Origin: an uncultured Candidatus Binatia bacterium
GTDB taxonomy: Bacteria > Desulfobacterota > Binatia > Bin18
Reading direction: 5' to 3'
DNA: 64,000 bases
Assembly (NCBI GenBank): GCA_965242605.1
Contig: CBDESS010000001.1
Span: forward strand, 20,910-84,909
Shown: positions 49,317 through 59,667 of the stretch, one piece after another
Position numbering within the stretch: the stretch's first letter is position 1
Layout: every line of letters begins with the position of its first letter
Translations under genes and position numbers: made by a program
Notes under the pieces: generated by a model
Told to the model about the DNA's origin: nothing
The model's database searches: none
The model's input: only the letters and a program-made list of their open reading frames with translations

Positions 49317-49787
49317 ATGGGCGGACAACAGGCAAGCACCTCTCACACACCTGCCCTCCGGTACATGCTCGCCCTTGTTCTTCCTCTGGCCGGACTTCTG
49401 CTGTCGGGTTGCCGAGGTCCAGAGCCCAGCAAACTCCTGGTCCACATCTCACAGGTTGAACTGAAGCGTTTTAACGCCGAAACGCTGACCGTCCGGCTCA
49501 ACTATGACTTGGCAGAGGAGGCCGAGCTCCCCCTGCCCTACCTCAAAGTGGTGGTCTTTCCGCTTGAACCCGAGGTCAAGCTGGCCGGTGCGCTGAGACC
49601 GTTCAAACTCTACGCCGGCTCGGTCTCGGCCAGCTTTCCAATTCCCGCCGAGGCCGGAATTGACTGGGACGAGCTGCGCGATCCGAGCGTCTGTTGTACG
49701 GTTTCCCTCAAGGGCGTGGGGGCAGAAGGAGAAGTGGAGCGGATCAGCAACCAGGTGACTGTCGCCCTTCCCGAACTGTCCGGTTGA
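49317..49787 (+). CDS. Hypothetical lipoprotein
   Basis: Lipobox 'LLLSGC'. AAGGAG RBS before the ATG at 49317; an alternative start is at 49365. No recognisable domain. Confidence 0.4.
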   Translation: MGGQQASTSHTPALRYMLALVLPLAGLLLSGCRGPEPSKLLVHISQVELKRFNAETLTVRLNYDLAEEAELPLPYLKVVVFPLEPEVKLAGALRPFKLYAGSVSASFPIPAEAGIDWDELRDPSVCCTVSLKGVGAEGEVERISNQVTVALPELSG

Positions 49788-49843
49788 CAAGGCGGGCCCA
49801 CCGGCGCGTCGTGAAGAGGGCGAGCGTCCAGAGAGGAGATGGC

Positions 49844-51034
49844 ATGGATATCAGCTATTCCGAACAGGACCAAGCCTTTCGAAAACAGGTCCGGGCGTGG
49901 ATGAAAAAACACGTCCCCAAAAAGGATACAGCGTTCAGCAGGCTGGCACCCGATGACCCCCGACGCATCAAACGCGCAAAGGAATGGCAGCGCAGCCTGC
50001 ATCGGGCCGGCTATGTGGCAATGGGCTGGCCCAAGGAGTACGGCGGCTGGGGCGACAGCGATGTCATGCGCCAGACGATTGTCAACGAAGAACTCGTCCT
50101 GGCCAGAGCGCCGAGCCTGATCGGTGCCTCAGGTCTGACCATGCTCGGCCCGACCCTCTTGCAGTGCGGAACCGGCCAACAGAAACACCGTTATCTGCCC
50201 AAGGTCCTGACCGCCGAAGAGATCTGGTGCCAGGGCTATTCCGAGCCCGGCTCAGGCTCGGACTTGGCCTCCCTGCGGACGCGGGCCGAGCTGGTCGGCG
50301 ACGAATTTATCATTAACGGCCAGAAGGTCTGGACCTCGGGCGCGCAGTTCTCGGACTGGATGTTCTGCCTGGTCCGCACCGACCCGGACGCGCCCAAGCA
50401 TAGCGGCATCTCCTATGTCCTGATCGACATGAAAACGCCCGGTATTACAGTCCGGCCCCTGGTCCAGATGACCGGCGACGCCGGATTTAACGAGGTCTTT
50501 TTCGAGGACGTGCGCGTACCCCGAGCAAACCTGGTCGGGGAATTGAACCAGGGCTGGATGGTGGCCAACGCCACCCTGTTTCACGAGCGGAATATGCTGG
50601 GCTCCACCACCCGCACCCAGCTCATGATGCAGAACCTGCTCCGTCTGGCCCGCAGCCATCAGCGCTACGGCAAACCCGCGGCCAAAGACCCGGTGACACG
50701 TCAAAAACTGTCCGAGTTGCTCGGCCGGGTCGAGGCCATGAAGTACCATTCACTGCGCCAGCTCACCGATGTCATCAAAGGCCGCCAGCCCGGCCTCGGA
50801 GCGATGGTCAATAAGCTGGTCGGCACCGAGTTGAACCACGACATCTGCGCCCTGGCACTGGAGATCATGAACTCCTACGCGTCGCTCAAACGTGGGGCCG
50901 ACCGCGTGATAGACAATGGCCTGTGGCAGCATGAGTTCCAGTTTACCCTGGGTCTGATTATTGGCGGTGGAACATCGCAGATTCAGAAGAATATCATCAG
51001 CGAGCGGGGTTTGGGCATGCCGAAGTCGGGCTGA
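49844..51034 (+). CDS. Acyl-CoA dehydrogenase family protein (FAD-binding subunit)
   Basis: ACAD N/M/C domains; 'QGYSEPGSGSDLASLRT' FAD/substrate motif. Confidence 0.85.
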   Translation: MDISYSEQDQAFRKQVRAWMKKHVPKKDTAFSRLAPDDPRRIKRAKEWQRSLHRAGYVAMGWPKEYGGWGDSDVMRQTIVNEELVLARAPSLIGASGLTMLGPTLLQCGTGQQKHRYLPKVLTAEEIWCQGYSEPGSGSDLASLRTRAELVGDEFIINGQKVWTSGAQFSDWMFCLVRTDPDAPKHSGISYVLIDMKTPGITVRPLVQMTGDAGFNEVFFEDVRVPRANLVGELNQGWMVANATLFHERNMLGSTTRTQLMMQNLLRLARSHQRYGKPAAKDPVTRQKLSELLGRVEAMKYHSLRQLTDVIKGRQPGLGAMVNKLVGTELNHDICALALEIMNSYASLKRGADRVIDNGLWQHEFQFTLGLIIGGGTSQIQKNIISERGLGMPKSG

Positions 51035-51054
51035 ACGCCGTCGGAGAGGGCGCT

Positions 51055-52185
51055 ATGGATTTTGGCCTGTCACCAGAACAAGAGCTGCTGCAAAACACGG
51101 CCCGGGAGTTTTTGACCCACGAGTGCCCGCCCGCCCTGGTGCGAGAGCTGTACAGCGACCCCAACGGGTTCTCTCCCGAACTCCACCGCAAGGCGGCCGC
51201 CCTGGGCTGGACCGGTCTGCTGGTCCCCGAAGCCTACGGCGGGCTGGGGCTCGGTATGCTGGACATGGCGGTGCTGCTTGAAGAGCTCGGACGGGCGGTC
51301 ATGCCTGGGCCGTTCCTGTTCTCGTCCGTCCTGCCCACGCTTGGTCTGGTCGGGGCTGGGAGTCCCGCCCAGAAAGACACTTGGCTGCCGCGCCTAGCTT
51401 CGGGACAGGCAGTTGGGACGCTGGCCTTTCTTGAGCGCGACGACCGGCTTGACGCCCGGGGTGTGCGTCTGAAGGCCACAAAAACTAAACACGGCTACCT
51501 GCTGTCTGGAACCAAAATGTTTGTCCCATTTGCCGCGGTTGCCGATGTCCTGCTGGTGGTGGCGCGGACCGCCGGCAAAGCCGAGCAGGGGGTGAGTCTG
51601 TTCCTGGTCGAACGCCAAGCCCCGGGCCTCACCATCACCCCGCTCGATATCATTGACCAGACCCGACGCGTGTATACCGTCAACTTCCACCAGGTCGCCG
51701 TCCCCAAAACCGCCCTGGTTGGCAAAAAGGACAAGGGCTGGAAAATCATGCCCCGACTCCTTGACGCGGCGTGTGTGGCTCTGGCCGCCGATAGCCTGGG
51801 CGGGTCTCAGCAAGCCCTGGAGATGGCCGTCGCATACGCCAAAACCCGTACCCAGTTCAACCGACCAATCGCCTCATTCCAGGCCCTCAAGCATATGGCG
51901 GCCGAAATGGTCAGCGATATCGAACCGGCCCGGTCGCTGGTGTGGTATGCGGCGTATGCCTTTGACGCCCTGCCCGCCGAAGCCCCGCGGGCCGCAGCCC
52001 TGGCCAAGGCCCGGCTCTCAGACATCTATGCGCGCACCACCAACCGAGCGGTCCAGATGCACGGCGGCCTCGGCTTTACCTGGGAGCACGACCTGCACTT
52101 CTGGTTCAAACGTGCCAAGTGGAACGAGTTTGCCTTTGGGGACGCGACCTACCACCGTGAAAGGCTCGCCCAACACGGGTTGTAG
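51055..52185 (+). CDS. Acyl-CoA dehydrogenase family protein (second, divergent subunit lacking the canonical SEPxAGSD motif)
   Basis: ACAD fold by overall architecture. 20-bp spacing from the upstream ACAD. Confidence 0.75.
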   Translation: MDFGLSPEQELLQNTAREFLTHECPPALVRELYSDPNGFSPELHRKAAALGWTGLLVPEAYGGLGLGMLDMAVLLEELGRAVMPGPFLFSSVLPTLGLVGAGSPAQKDTWLPRLASGQAVGTLAFLERDDRLDARGVRLKATKTKHGYLLSGTKMFVPFAAVADVLLVVARTAGKAEQGVSLFLVERQAPGLTITPLDIIDQTRRVYTVNFHQVAVPKTALVGKKDKGWKIMPRLLDAACVALAADSLGGSQQALEMAVAYAKTRTQFNRPIASFQALKHMAAEMVSDIEPARSLVWYAAYAFDALPAEAPRAAALAKARLSDIYARTTNRAVQMHGGLGFTWEHDLHFWFKRAKWNEFAFGDATYHRERLAQHGL

Positions 52186-52323
52186 GCTCAGCAGCACGAT
52201 CGCAGACTGGACGCCAGGGACATAAATCGCTACCCTGCAGGGAAGGTGAACAGGCTGACCGCCCCATGAGGAAGAGGGCGTCGTTCACCCCCGGCTCATA
52301 TTACTACTCAGGGGAGGAGAACC

Positions 52324-52980
52324 ATGTCACTCCATATTGGTGAAAAAGCTCCGAATTTTACGGCAGAAACAACACAGGGCACGATCAACTTTCATGAATG
52401 GATCGGGGAGAGTTGGGCGATTCTGTTCTCCCACCCCAAGGATTTCACCCCGGTATGTACGACCGAACTGGGCTATATGGCCCGTCTCAAACCCGAGTTT
52501 GAAAGGCGGAACTGCAAGATCATCGGCCTGAGCACCGACCCGGTCAGCGATCACACCACCTGGGTCAAAGACATTGAAGAAACCCAGGGCCACGCGGTCA
52601 ACTATCCGTTGGTCGGCGACGCCGACCTCGCCGTCTCCAAGCTGTACGACATGATTCACCCCGAGGCCAGCGGCGGTGCGCCGCGCACCGCGGCCGACAA
52701 CGCCACCATCCGCTCGGTCTTTGTGATTGGACCAGACAAGAAAATCAAGCTGATGCTGACCTACCCGATGACCACCGGGCGCAACTTTGACGAGGTCCTG
52801 CGCGTGCTTGACTCCATGCAGCTGACCGCCCAGCACAAGGTCGCCACCCCGGTCAACTGGCACCAGGGCGAAGAGGTGATTATCGTCCCCGCGGTGTCCG
52901 ACGCCGAGGCCAAGAAACAATACCCCGAGGGCTGGAAAACCCTCAAACCCTACCTGCGGCTCGTCTCCCAGCCGAAATAA
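52324..52980 (+). CDS. 1-Cys peroxiredoxin (Prx6 subfamily)
   Basis: 'FTPVCTTE' peroxidatic Cys motif; GGGGAGGAG RBS. Confidence 0.9.
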   Translation: MSLHIGEKAPNFTAETTQGTINFHEWIGESWAILFSHPKDFTPVCTTELGYMARLKPEFERRNCKIIGLSTDPVSDHTTWVKDIEETQGHAVNYPLVGDADLAVSKLYDMIHPEASGGAPRTAADNATIRSVFVIGPDKKIKLMLTYPMTTGRNFDEVLRVLDSMQLTAQHKVATPVNWHQGEEVIIVPAVSDAEAKKQYPEGWKTLKPYLRLVSQPK

Positions 52981-53211
52981 GCGGCCCATTCCGGCGGTGT
53001 CACCAGCACCGCCCGGTCACGACAACAGCCGGCCAAGCCCTCCCGCCCAGCAGGCCCACCACCGCCCCCCAGTAGCCAAGCCAGCGGGCCACCTCGGCCG
53101 GAGGGGTGCGCCGACAGAGGTGCGCGACGCGCCGGTCTCAGGCCACGGCCGTGGGCGGCCAGAAAGGCTGCGGTCCGCGCCTCATCCGGCTGGTAAAACA
53201 CCACCATACGG

Positions 53212-53616
53212 CTAATCAAACTCGCGGTAATGCATCACCCGCCAGCCGTCTTGCTCTTTGCGCAGGCTGAGCAACAGTTCCTTCTGAAATTCCCCGGCTC
53301 CGGCCACAAATATCTTGGCTTGATACTGTAAGGAAACGCGGGTGTCGCCGCGTGGCGTTTCCCTGACCAAGGTATAGTAGACCCGGGGCAGCCGGGTGCT
53401 GGCATCGATCGCCTGCCCCTCAGTCAGGCGGATCTCCTCCTCGACACGCTTGAGCGCCAAGCCGCTACAGTAGCCCTTGGCCACCTCAAGGTCCATTTGC
53501 ACATAGTGGGCGTCCAGAAAGCGTTCGGCCACGCCGCGCGGGCTGTTTGGGTCGGGTTGACAGGCACTCAGTCCAGCGACGAGCACGAACACGGCCGTGC
53601 CAATCCACCCGTCCAT
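53212..53616 (-). CDS. Hypothetical lipoprotein (134 aa)
   Basis: Start at MDGWIGTAVFVLVAGLSAC (lipobox LSAC). The ORF-track N-terminal extension is low-complexity. Confidence 0.45.
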   Translation of the reverse strand: MDGWIGTAVFVLVAGLSACQPDPNSPRGVAERFLDAHYVQMDLEVAKGYCSGLALKRVEEEIRLTEGQAIDASTRLPRVYYTLVRETPRGDTRVSLQYQAKIFVAGAGEFQKELLLSLRKEQDGWRVMHYREFD

Positions 53617-53632
53617 CCCTCCCGCCTCTTGA

Positions 53633-53941
53633 CTATGTTTTTTTCTTGGCAAACAAGGCCTCCAAGCGCGCCCGAGCGTCAGCCGCCTCGGTCCGCTCGG
53701 CCGTGGGTCGCCCGGCAGGGTTGCCTGGCGAAAAAGAGTCGCAGAAATTGCTCCGGTCTTTATCGCGGACCGGCTCGACATTCGGCTCACGGCAGGCCTG
53801 CGAGGCGTGCGGGTCGTAGAACAGGCAGTTCAGACAGCAACGCACATCGGCCCCACAGCCCGGACAGCTATCCCGGCGTCCGACCCGCTCGGACACGACG
53901 ATTTCGGCTCCACACCGATGACATCTCAGCACCTGTAGCAT
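53633..53941 (-). CDS. Small cysteine-rich zinc-ribbon protein (~100 aa)
   Basis: CxxC...CxxC pairs ('CHRCGAE...CPGCGAD') and 'CCLNC'; basic C-terminal tail. Confidence 0.4.
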   Translation of the reverse strand: MLQVLRCHRCGAEIVVSERVGRRDSCPGCGADVRCCLNCLFYDPHASQACREPNVEPVRDKDRSNFCDSFSPGNPAGRPTAERTEAADARARLEALFAKKKT

Positions 53942-54020
53942 GGCGCGTCCCCCGCCTCTCAGCACCACCCTTTCTTCGCTCCAGACTTATTGATACCATC
54001 TGCTCATTCTTGTCCAGCCT

Positions 54021-54974
54021 ATGAACACATCTACTCCTCCAAGCCTGTTAGCCCGCTACGAGGTGTTTCTCCGGGTGGAGAAGAACCTCGCTACCCATAC
54101 CCAGCGTAATTACCTGAGTGATGTGGCTCAATTCTTTGCCTTTGTTGAAAAACCCGGCCCCCGGGCCGGGCCGCGTGCGCTCAACGTCCAGCGGGTTGAC
54201 CACCACCTGATTCAGGCTTTTCTGTCCACCCTGTACCGCGACCATACCAAAAGCTCGATCGGCCGAAAACTCTCCGCCCTCAAGAGCTTCTTTGGGTTCT
54301 TGGTCCGCGAGGGCGAGCTGGAGCGCGACCCCAGCCTCCGGCTCGCGTCTCCAAAAAAAGACCAGCCGCTACCCGGCTATCTGCCGGTCGATGATATATT
54401 TCGCCTGCTCAACGCCCCGCCACCCGACTCGGCACCGGGTCTGCGAGCGCGGGCCATTCTCGAAGTGCTGTACTCGTGCGGCCTGCGGGTCGGCGAACTC
54501 GTCAGCCTCAACTGGGACGATGTCGACGGCAACCTCGAAGTCCTCCGGGTTCAGGGCAAGGGCGACAAAGAGCGGGTGGTGCCGATCGGCCGCCGCGCGC
54601 TTGACGTCCTGACCCGCTACCGAGCCCAGACTCCGGACCTGCTGACACCCAAGAAACGCAGCTCGCAGCGGCAGGAGCCCCCGCGCGCGCCGAGCTGTCC
54701 GGCCGTCTTTCTGAACCGTCGTGGCGGACGCCTGACCACCCGCAGCGTGGCCCGTATCGTCGCCGAGTACGCCCGCGCCGCCGGCATTGGTCTGAAAACC
54801 AGCCCTCACGCGCTCCGCCACAGCTTTGCCACCCACCTGCTCGAGGCCGGAGCCGACCTGCGCGCCATCCAGGAACTGCTCGGCCACTCCAGTCTGTCCA
54901 CAACCCAAAAATACACCCATGTGAACCTCGACCGGCTCATGGAAGTGTATGATAAGGCACACCCGCGCGCCTAG
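54021..54974 (+). CDS. xerC: Tyrosine recombinase XerC
   Basis: Catalytic R..HxxR..Y residues ('[15 protein letters not shown]', '[15 protein letters not shown]'); conserved xerC-hslV-hslU synteny. Confidence 0.85.
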   Translation: MNTSTPPSLLARYEVFLRVEKNLATHTQRNYLSDVAQFFAFVEKPGPRAGPRALNVQRVDHHLIQAFLSTLYRDHTKSSIGRKLSALKSFFGFLVREGELERDPSLRLASPKKDQPLPGYLPVDDIFRLLNAPPPDSAPGLRARAILEVLYSCGLRVGELVSLNWDDVDGNLEVLRVQGKGDKERVVPIGRRALDVLTRYRAQTPDLLTPKKRSSQRQEPPRAPSCPAVFLNRRGGRLTTRSVARIVAEYARAAGIGLKTSPHALRHSFATHLLEAGADLRAIQELLGHSSLSTTQKYTHVNLDRLMEVYDKAHPRA

Positions 54975-55077
54975 CGCGCTGATGCGCGCCTGCTACACCA
55001 TGAACGATGCGTGGAAAGACAAGAGGGGAGCGGGTGGGCATTCCGGAAGAGGGGATCTGGTAATGAGGGGGCAAATC

Positions 55078-55620
55078 ATGCACGCCACGACCATCGTATC
55101 GGTCCGCCGTCAGGGCCGGGTCGTGATGGCTGGGGATGGCCAAGTCAGCATAGGTGAGACGGTGATGAAACACACGGCGCGAAAAATCCGCCGGCTGTCA
55201 CACGGCACAATCCTGGCCGGCTTTGCCGGTGGCGCGGCCGACGGCATGACCCTGTGTGAACTGTTTGAAAAAAAGCTTGAAGAGTACAACAACACCCTGC
55301 GGCGGGCCGCGGTCGAACTGGCCCGCGACTGGCGTTCACACCGGGTGCTGCGTCGGCTGGAAGCCCTGATGGCGGTTGTTGACCAGGACTCGTCCCTGCT
55401 GATCTCGGGCTCGGGCGATGTGCTCGAACCCGACGACGGCATTGTGGCTATTGGCTCGGGCGGCAACTATGCCCTGGCCGCGGCCCGGGCCTTGCTGAAG
55501 CATACCGCGCTGGATGCCCGAACGATTGCCGAAGAAGCCATGCGCACGACCTCAGACATCTGCGTCTATACCAACGCCCAGATTACGGTTGAGGAGCTGT
55601 CCTATGGCGAACGCCGCTAA
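55078..55620 (+). CDS. hslV: ATP-dependent protease subunit HslV
   Basis: N-terminal 'TTIVSVRR' (Thr1 nucleophile after Met removal); 'GDGQVS'. Confidence 0.9.
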   Translation: MHATTIVSVRRQGRVVMAGDGQVSIGETVMKHTARKIRRLSHGTILAGFAGGAADGMTLCELFEKKLEEYNNTLRRAAVELARDWRSHRVLRRLEALMAVVDQDSSLLISGSGDVLEPDDGIVAIGSGGNYALAAARALLKHTALDARTIAEEAMRTTSDICVYTNAQITVEELSYGERR

Positions 55621-57025
55621 TTCGATCACCACCGCCGCCGCCCCTGAGCCCGAAGACACGGTGCTGCCAGTCATGACGCCGCGCGAGATTGTGTCTGAAC
55701 TCGACCGCTACATTATCGGCCAGGCCAAGGCCAAACGGGCGATGGCCATTGCGCTCCGCAACCGCTGGCGTCGCCAGCAGGTGCCGCCAGAGCTGCGGGA
55801 TGAGATCGCCCCCAAGAATATCCTGATGATTGGCCCGACCGGAGTCGGCAAGACCGAGATCGCCCGCCGCTTGGCCCGCCTGTCCGAGGCACCGTTTGTC
55901 AAGGTCGAGGCCTCAAAATTCACCGAAGTCGGCTATGTCGGCCGCGATGTCGAGTCTATGGTCCGCGATGTGACCGAACTAGCCGTAGCCATGGTCAAAC
56001 AAGAAGAAAAAGAACGGATTCAGCTCAAAGCCCAGGCCCAGGCCGAAGAGCGGATTCTTGACCTGCTGCTGCCCCCTCCACCCTCGAGGACCGGCTTGAG
56101 CCAGCACGACGGCCAGGACACGGACGACACCCCACAGCAGCCCGGCCAAGCCACCCGCGAAAAGATGCGCTACATGCTCCACCAGGGAAAGCTTGACGAG
56201 CGCGAGGTCGAAATTGAGGTGACTCGGCCAGCCACCCCCTTCATTGAGGTCATGGCCCCCCAGGGCATGGAAGACATGGAAAACCAACTCAAAGAAATGT
56301 TCTCCAACATCATGCCTCGCAAGACCAAAAAACGGCGGCTCAAGGTGCCCGAGGCGGTCGAGCTGCTGACCCAGGAAGAGGCCGACAAGCTCGTCGATAT
56401 GGATGCGGTGGTTCGGGAGGCAGTCCGCCGGGTTGAGCAGACCGGCATTATTTTTATTGACGAAATTGACAAAATTGCCGGACGCGACCACGCCCACGGC
56501 CCGGATGTCTCCCGCCAGGGCGTGCAGCGCGACCTCCTGCCCCTAGTTGAGGGCTGCGCGGTCAACACCAAATACGGCCTCGTCCGCACCGACCATGTGT
56601 TGTTTGTTGCCTCGGGTGCCTTCCACACCGCCAAACCGTCCGACCTGATTCCCGAGTTCCAGGGCCGCTTTCCGATCCGGGTCGAGCTAGACGCCCTCAA
56701 CCAGCACGACTTTATCCGTATCCTGACCGAGCCCAAAAACGCCCTCCTGACCCAGTATCGCGCCCTGCTGGCCACCGAGAATGTGCAACTCGCCTTTGTG
56801 GCCGACGCGGTTGAGGAGATTGCGCATATCGCCGCCCTGGTCAACGAGCGGACCGAGAACATCGGTGCCCGCCGCCTGCATACCGTGGTTGAGCGCCTCG
56901 TTGAGGATCTCTCCTTCAAGGCCCCGGAGCTTGACGGACAAGAGGTCACAATCACTGCCCAGGTCGTCAGAGACACACTTGAAGAGATTGTCAAAGACGA
57001 AAACCTGTCGCGCTATATTCTCTAA
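55604..57025 (+). CDS. hslU: ATP-dependent protease ATPase subunit HslU
   Basis: '[16 protein letters not shown]', Walker A '[15 protein letters not shown]', I-domain, 'IFIDEIDKI'. Confidence 0.9.
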   Translation: MANAANSITTAAAPEPEDTVLPVMTPREIVSELDRYIIGQAKAKRAMAIALRNRWRRQQVPPELRDEIAPKNILMIGPTGVGKTEIARRLARLSEAPFVKVEASKFTEVGYVGRDVESMVRDVTELAVAMVKQEEKERIQLKAQAQAEERILDLLLPPPPSRTGLSQHDGQDTDDTPQQPGQATREKMRYMLHQGKLDEREVEIEVTRPATPFIEVMAPQGMEDMENQLKEMFSNIMPRKTKKRRLKVPEAVELLTQEEADKLVDMDAVVREAVRRVEQTGIIFIDEIDKIAGRDHAHGPDVSRQGVQRDLLPLVEGCAVNTKYGLVRTDHVLFVASGAFHTAKPSDLIPEFQGRFPIRVELDALNQHDFIRILTEPKNALLTQYRALLATENVQLAFVADAVEEIAHIAALVNERTENIGARRLHTVVERLVEDLSFKAPELDGQEVTITAQVVRDTLEEIVKDENLSRYIL

Positions 57026-57026
57026 A

Positions 57027-57380
57027 CTACTTCCGAACCGTTGTCCCCGACTTCTCGCGCATCAGTTCGGACAACCGCCGGGCCTCGCCCTCGTACCCGC
57101 CGAGCAGGGCGCGGCGAAACTGCTCGGTCAGCATCCGCATCCGCGCCGCTTCCTGCCGACCCAGCCCGTCGGCCAGTTGAGACAGGCTGTCCATAACCGC
57201 GGCAATATGCGACACGGCGCGCGGCACATCGCCGTCGGCGTGGAGCGCAATCGCCTGTTGCAGAGAGCGCTCGGCCGCCTCAAGGCCGCCCTTGGCCTGT
57301 GGGCCTAGCACCAGCCCGAGTTCCGGCAGACGGCTCAGCAGGGTATCCAGGGCTTCTGGATAGGTGTGCTTGTGTTCCAT
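57027..57380 (-). CDS. Hypothetical helical protein (117 aa)
   Basis: Clean ORF from the ATG at 57380; the longer 258-aa ORF-track version overlaps the lipoprotein gene on the opposite strand and is Arg/Trp-rich. Confidence 0.3.
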   Translation of the reverse strand: MEHKHTYPEALDTLLSRLPELGLVLGPQAKGGLEAAERSLQQAIALHADGDVPRAVSHIAAVMDSLSQLADGLGRQEAARMRMLTEQFRRALLGGYEGEARRLSELMREKSGTTVRK

Positions 57381-57455
57381 ATGTGGTAGACAGTCTGCTG
57401 TTTGCCTGCGCAAGTCAAGCTCATCGGGTCTTATCCAGTTCAAGGGAGCACCACC

Positions 57456-57842
57456 ATGCGATACATAGTCCTGTGGCTCAGCGGCCTGTTCCTCCTGAAC
57501 AGCTGCACGGTTCAGCAACAGCGAGACGTACTCGGAGCGATTGGCACGGTTATTCCGGGCAGTTCGACCTCGCGCCTGCCGTCGTTCTCCTCCCCCGCTT
57601 CCCCAAGCGGCCCAAGTCCAGTCGCCGCCCGTCCACCGAGCCCGGTCGTGGCAGCCCCAACGCCAAGTCAGCCGACGCCGGCAGACGTAAAAACGGAGGC
57701 CGATTGGGTCTTGCAAACCCTCCAGCGGGCCATGACCGATGCGCCCGCTGCGTTCCAGGACTGCCTGGCCAAGAGCCCGTGCCAAAAGGCACTGAGTGCC
57801 CATCTCCTGCAGTTACAACGCCAAGCCGACGCGCCGCCCTAG
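57456..57842 (+). CDS. Hypothetical lipoprotein with Pro/Ser-rich linker (128 aa)
   Basis: 'MRYIVLWLSGLFLLNSC' lipoprotein signal; GGGAG RBS 7 nt upstream. Confidence 0.45.
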   Translation: MRYIVLWLSGLFLLNSCTVQQQRDVLGAIGTVIPGSSTSRLPSFSSPASPSGPSPVAARPPSPVVAAPTPSQPTPADVKTEADWVLQTLQRAMTDAPAAFQDCLAKSPCQKALSAHLLQLQRQADAPP

Positions 57843-57926
57843 AGCTTCCGGCGCAGTATGACCAGTACGATTTGCAGCGCACCAGATAGGGTCTCTAGGC
57901 CGCTCAAGGCCAACCCGGCGGTGCCT

Positions 57927-58205
57927 CTAACCGCGGCTATACTTATGGAGATACGCGCGCACAGCCTCCCGGTCCTGTCCCTGGAGCGGTGGCCGGCCGA
58001 GCCGCCGCAGCTCATCGTCCATGCGGGTCAGCACGAAGTCCCACATCCGGGCCGGCAGCAGCCCCGGGTGGTAGACGCGGTGACAGCCCGAACAGCGCTG
58101 GATGTAGAGCCGAGCAGTGGCTGACCCGGCCTCGGGCAGCTCGGGACTACAGCCGAGTCCGGCCAACACCACCACCCACCCCAGGCTCCACCAGGCCCGC
58201 CTCAT
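57927..58205 (-). CDS. Small putative monoheme c-type cytochrome lipoprotein
   Basis: Lipobox 'LAGLGCS' plus a single CxxCH ('CSGCH'). Confidence 0.4.
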   Translation of the reverse strand: MRRAWWSLGWVVVLAGLGCSPELPEAGSATARLYIQRCSGCHRVYHPGLLPARMWDFVLTRMDDELRRLGRPPLQGQDREAVRAYLHKYSRG

Positions 58206-58705
58206 CTAGCCGCTTGCTCAGCGTCAAAGGCTTCCCGGCACACCGCAAGCTGGCCGGGGATGTCTTCAATGCTGACCTCAATGGTTTCGATGCTGTTGCG
58301 CTCCGTCGTCAGCCGCTGACGCAGGCGCGCCACCAGATACTGGGCGATCTCTTCCGAAGACGAATGCGCGACAGGCAACAGGCAGACATCCTGGCGCGGC
58401 AGCACAAAACGGCTGCCGTCCTCACAGCTCACCTCGACCTGCCCGTCACGCTCTACGATGGCGAGGCAGTCGCTGCGGGCGGGCAGCAGGGTCCGAAAAT
58501 GGAGTTGGGCGCACTCTTCTTCGGCAATGTTCTTGAGCACCAGAAAGTCCACAACATAGCCGTCCGGCCCGACCGGTCCGCTGACCGTGACCTGGACCTG
58601 ATAGGTATGGCCGTGCAGCGGCTCTCGAAACCCGGGAAAGGCAATAAAGTGGGCGGCCGTAAACCGCAACTGGTCTTTTCCAATAGCGACTGAAAAGAAA
58701 CGCAT
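58202..58705 (-). CDS. 6-pyruvoyl-tetrahydropterin synthase family protein (QueD/PTPS-like)
   Basis: 'HGHTYQVQV' zinc-binding His motif and 'DFLVLKN' region typical of PTPS/QueD. Confidence 0.7.
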   Translation of the reverse strand: MRFFSVAIGKDQLRFTAAHFIAFPGFREPLHGHTYQVQVTVSGPVGPDGYVVDFLVLKNIAEEECAQLHFRTLLPARSDCLAIVERDGQVEVSCEDGSRFVLPRQDVCLLPVAHSSSEEIAQYLVARLRQRLTTERNSIETIEVSIEDIPGQLAVCREAFDAEQAAR

Positions 58706-58723
58706 CGCGTCGGTCTCCAGCGG

Positions 58724-59605
58724 CTAGACACGAGGGCTGAGATTGCCCCTCAGAAAGTCGTGCAAGCCACTCCGTCCGAGCAGCCGCTCAGGTTCACCAA
58801 AGGCCGAGCGGTACTGCTCGGCCGACAGGCCAAGGGTTTCCAGAAAGCGGGGTACTTCTGTTTCGATTTCCGGCTGCAAGCGCTCGGTCAAGGCCGCTAT
58901 CAGCCGGGGGGCATCGCCAAGCCGGGGCAGCAAGTCACCAATGTTGACCCCGTGGACGCCGCCGAGCAGGCATGACACCATGTAGTCCACCTGCTCTTTG
59001 TTCGGTTTGTGTTGCCAAGTCTGTCCGGCGGACATGAGCGTGCGCACCCCGGTTTGCTGGCGGACCGAGATAACCGTCTCAGATCCCGTCGCCTCAAAAC
59101 CGGGTGCCAGAAAGATCAGGGCTGTCTCGTCCCCATCGACCCGCACCGGATGCGGGATATAGTGGACCGAGGTGTAGCCTGTCAGCGCAAAAAGCTGCCG
59201 CCGATAGCCGACTATGTCGTGTCCGGCCTCGGTCTGTGTCTGCCATAAAAAATCGGCCAGTCCCCGGCCTCGCCCCTGACCTAGCCGGACCAGCTGTTGG
59301 GCCGCCTCGGGCCGGTAGCCCTCACGCTGAATCAGCCGGTAGGCGTCGTCAAGGGAAACGCTCAAGGCCAGGGTCTCGATACCCCCAGGCCCGCCGGTCT
59401 GGGGCGACACCCGCTTGCCCTGGAGCGGAAGTCGCAGCGGCTCCACATCGGTGGCAAAGCGGTTGCCGTACATCGACAGTTTGGCAAAACCCCGCCGACA
59501 GTTGCCGAGTGCAACAATGCCTGCCCGACGAACGGCAAAGGTCCCGGAGAAGGATACCCCTCGCCCGCTCATCAGTGAGCCGTGGCCAAGAATCGTGACC
59601 TCCAT
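58724..59605 (-). CDS. Hypothetical protein (293 aa), first gene of an operon with PTPS-like and cytochrome c-like genes
   Basis: Open frame with native GC; no domain recognised. Confidence 0.4.
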   Translation of the reverse strand: MEVTILGHGSLMSGRGVSFSGTFAVRRAGIVALGNCRRGFAKLSMYGNRFATDVEPLRLPLQGKRVSPQTGGPGGIETLALSVSLDDAYRLIQREGYRPEAAQQLVRLGQGRGRGLADFLWQTQTEAGHDIVGYRRQLFALTGYTSVHYIPHPVRVDGDETALIFLAPGFEATGSETVISVRQQTGVRTLMSAGQTWQHKPNKEQVDYMVSCLLGGVHGVNIGDLLPRLGDAPRLIAALTERLQPEIETEVPRFLETLGLSAEQYRSAFGEPERLLGRSGLHDFLRGNLSPRV

Positions 59606-59667
59606 AGCCTATAATAAGTAGCAATTTTCCGACAGAAGAAAACCTAGCGTGCCATGTTTTCTCTCTC

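Noticed and set aside
57381-57803. Upstream extension of minus-strand ORF 57027..57803 (258 aa)
   Set aside because: It overlaps a better-supported plus-strand lipoprotein gene with a signal peptide and RBS. The extension is Trp/Arg/Gly-rich junk.
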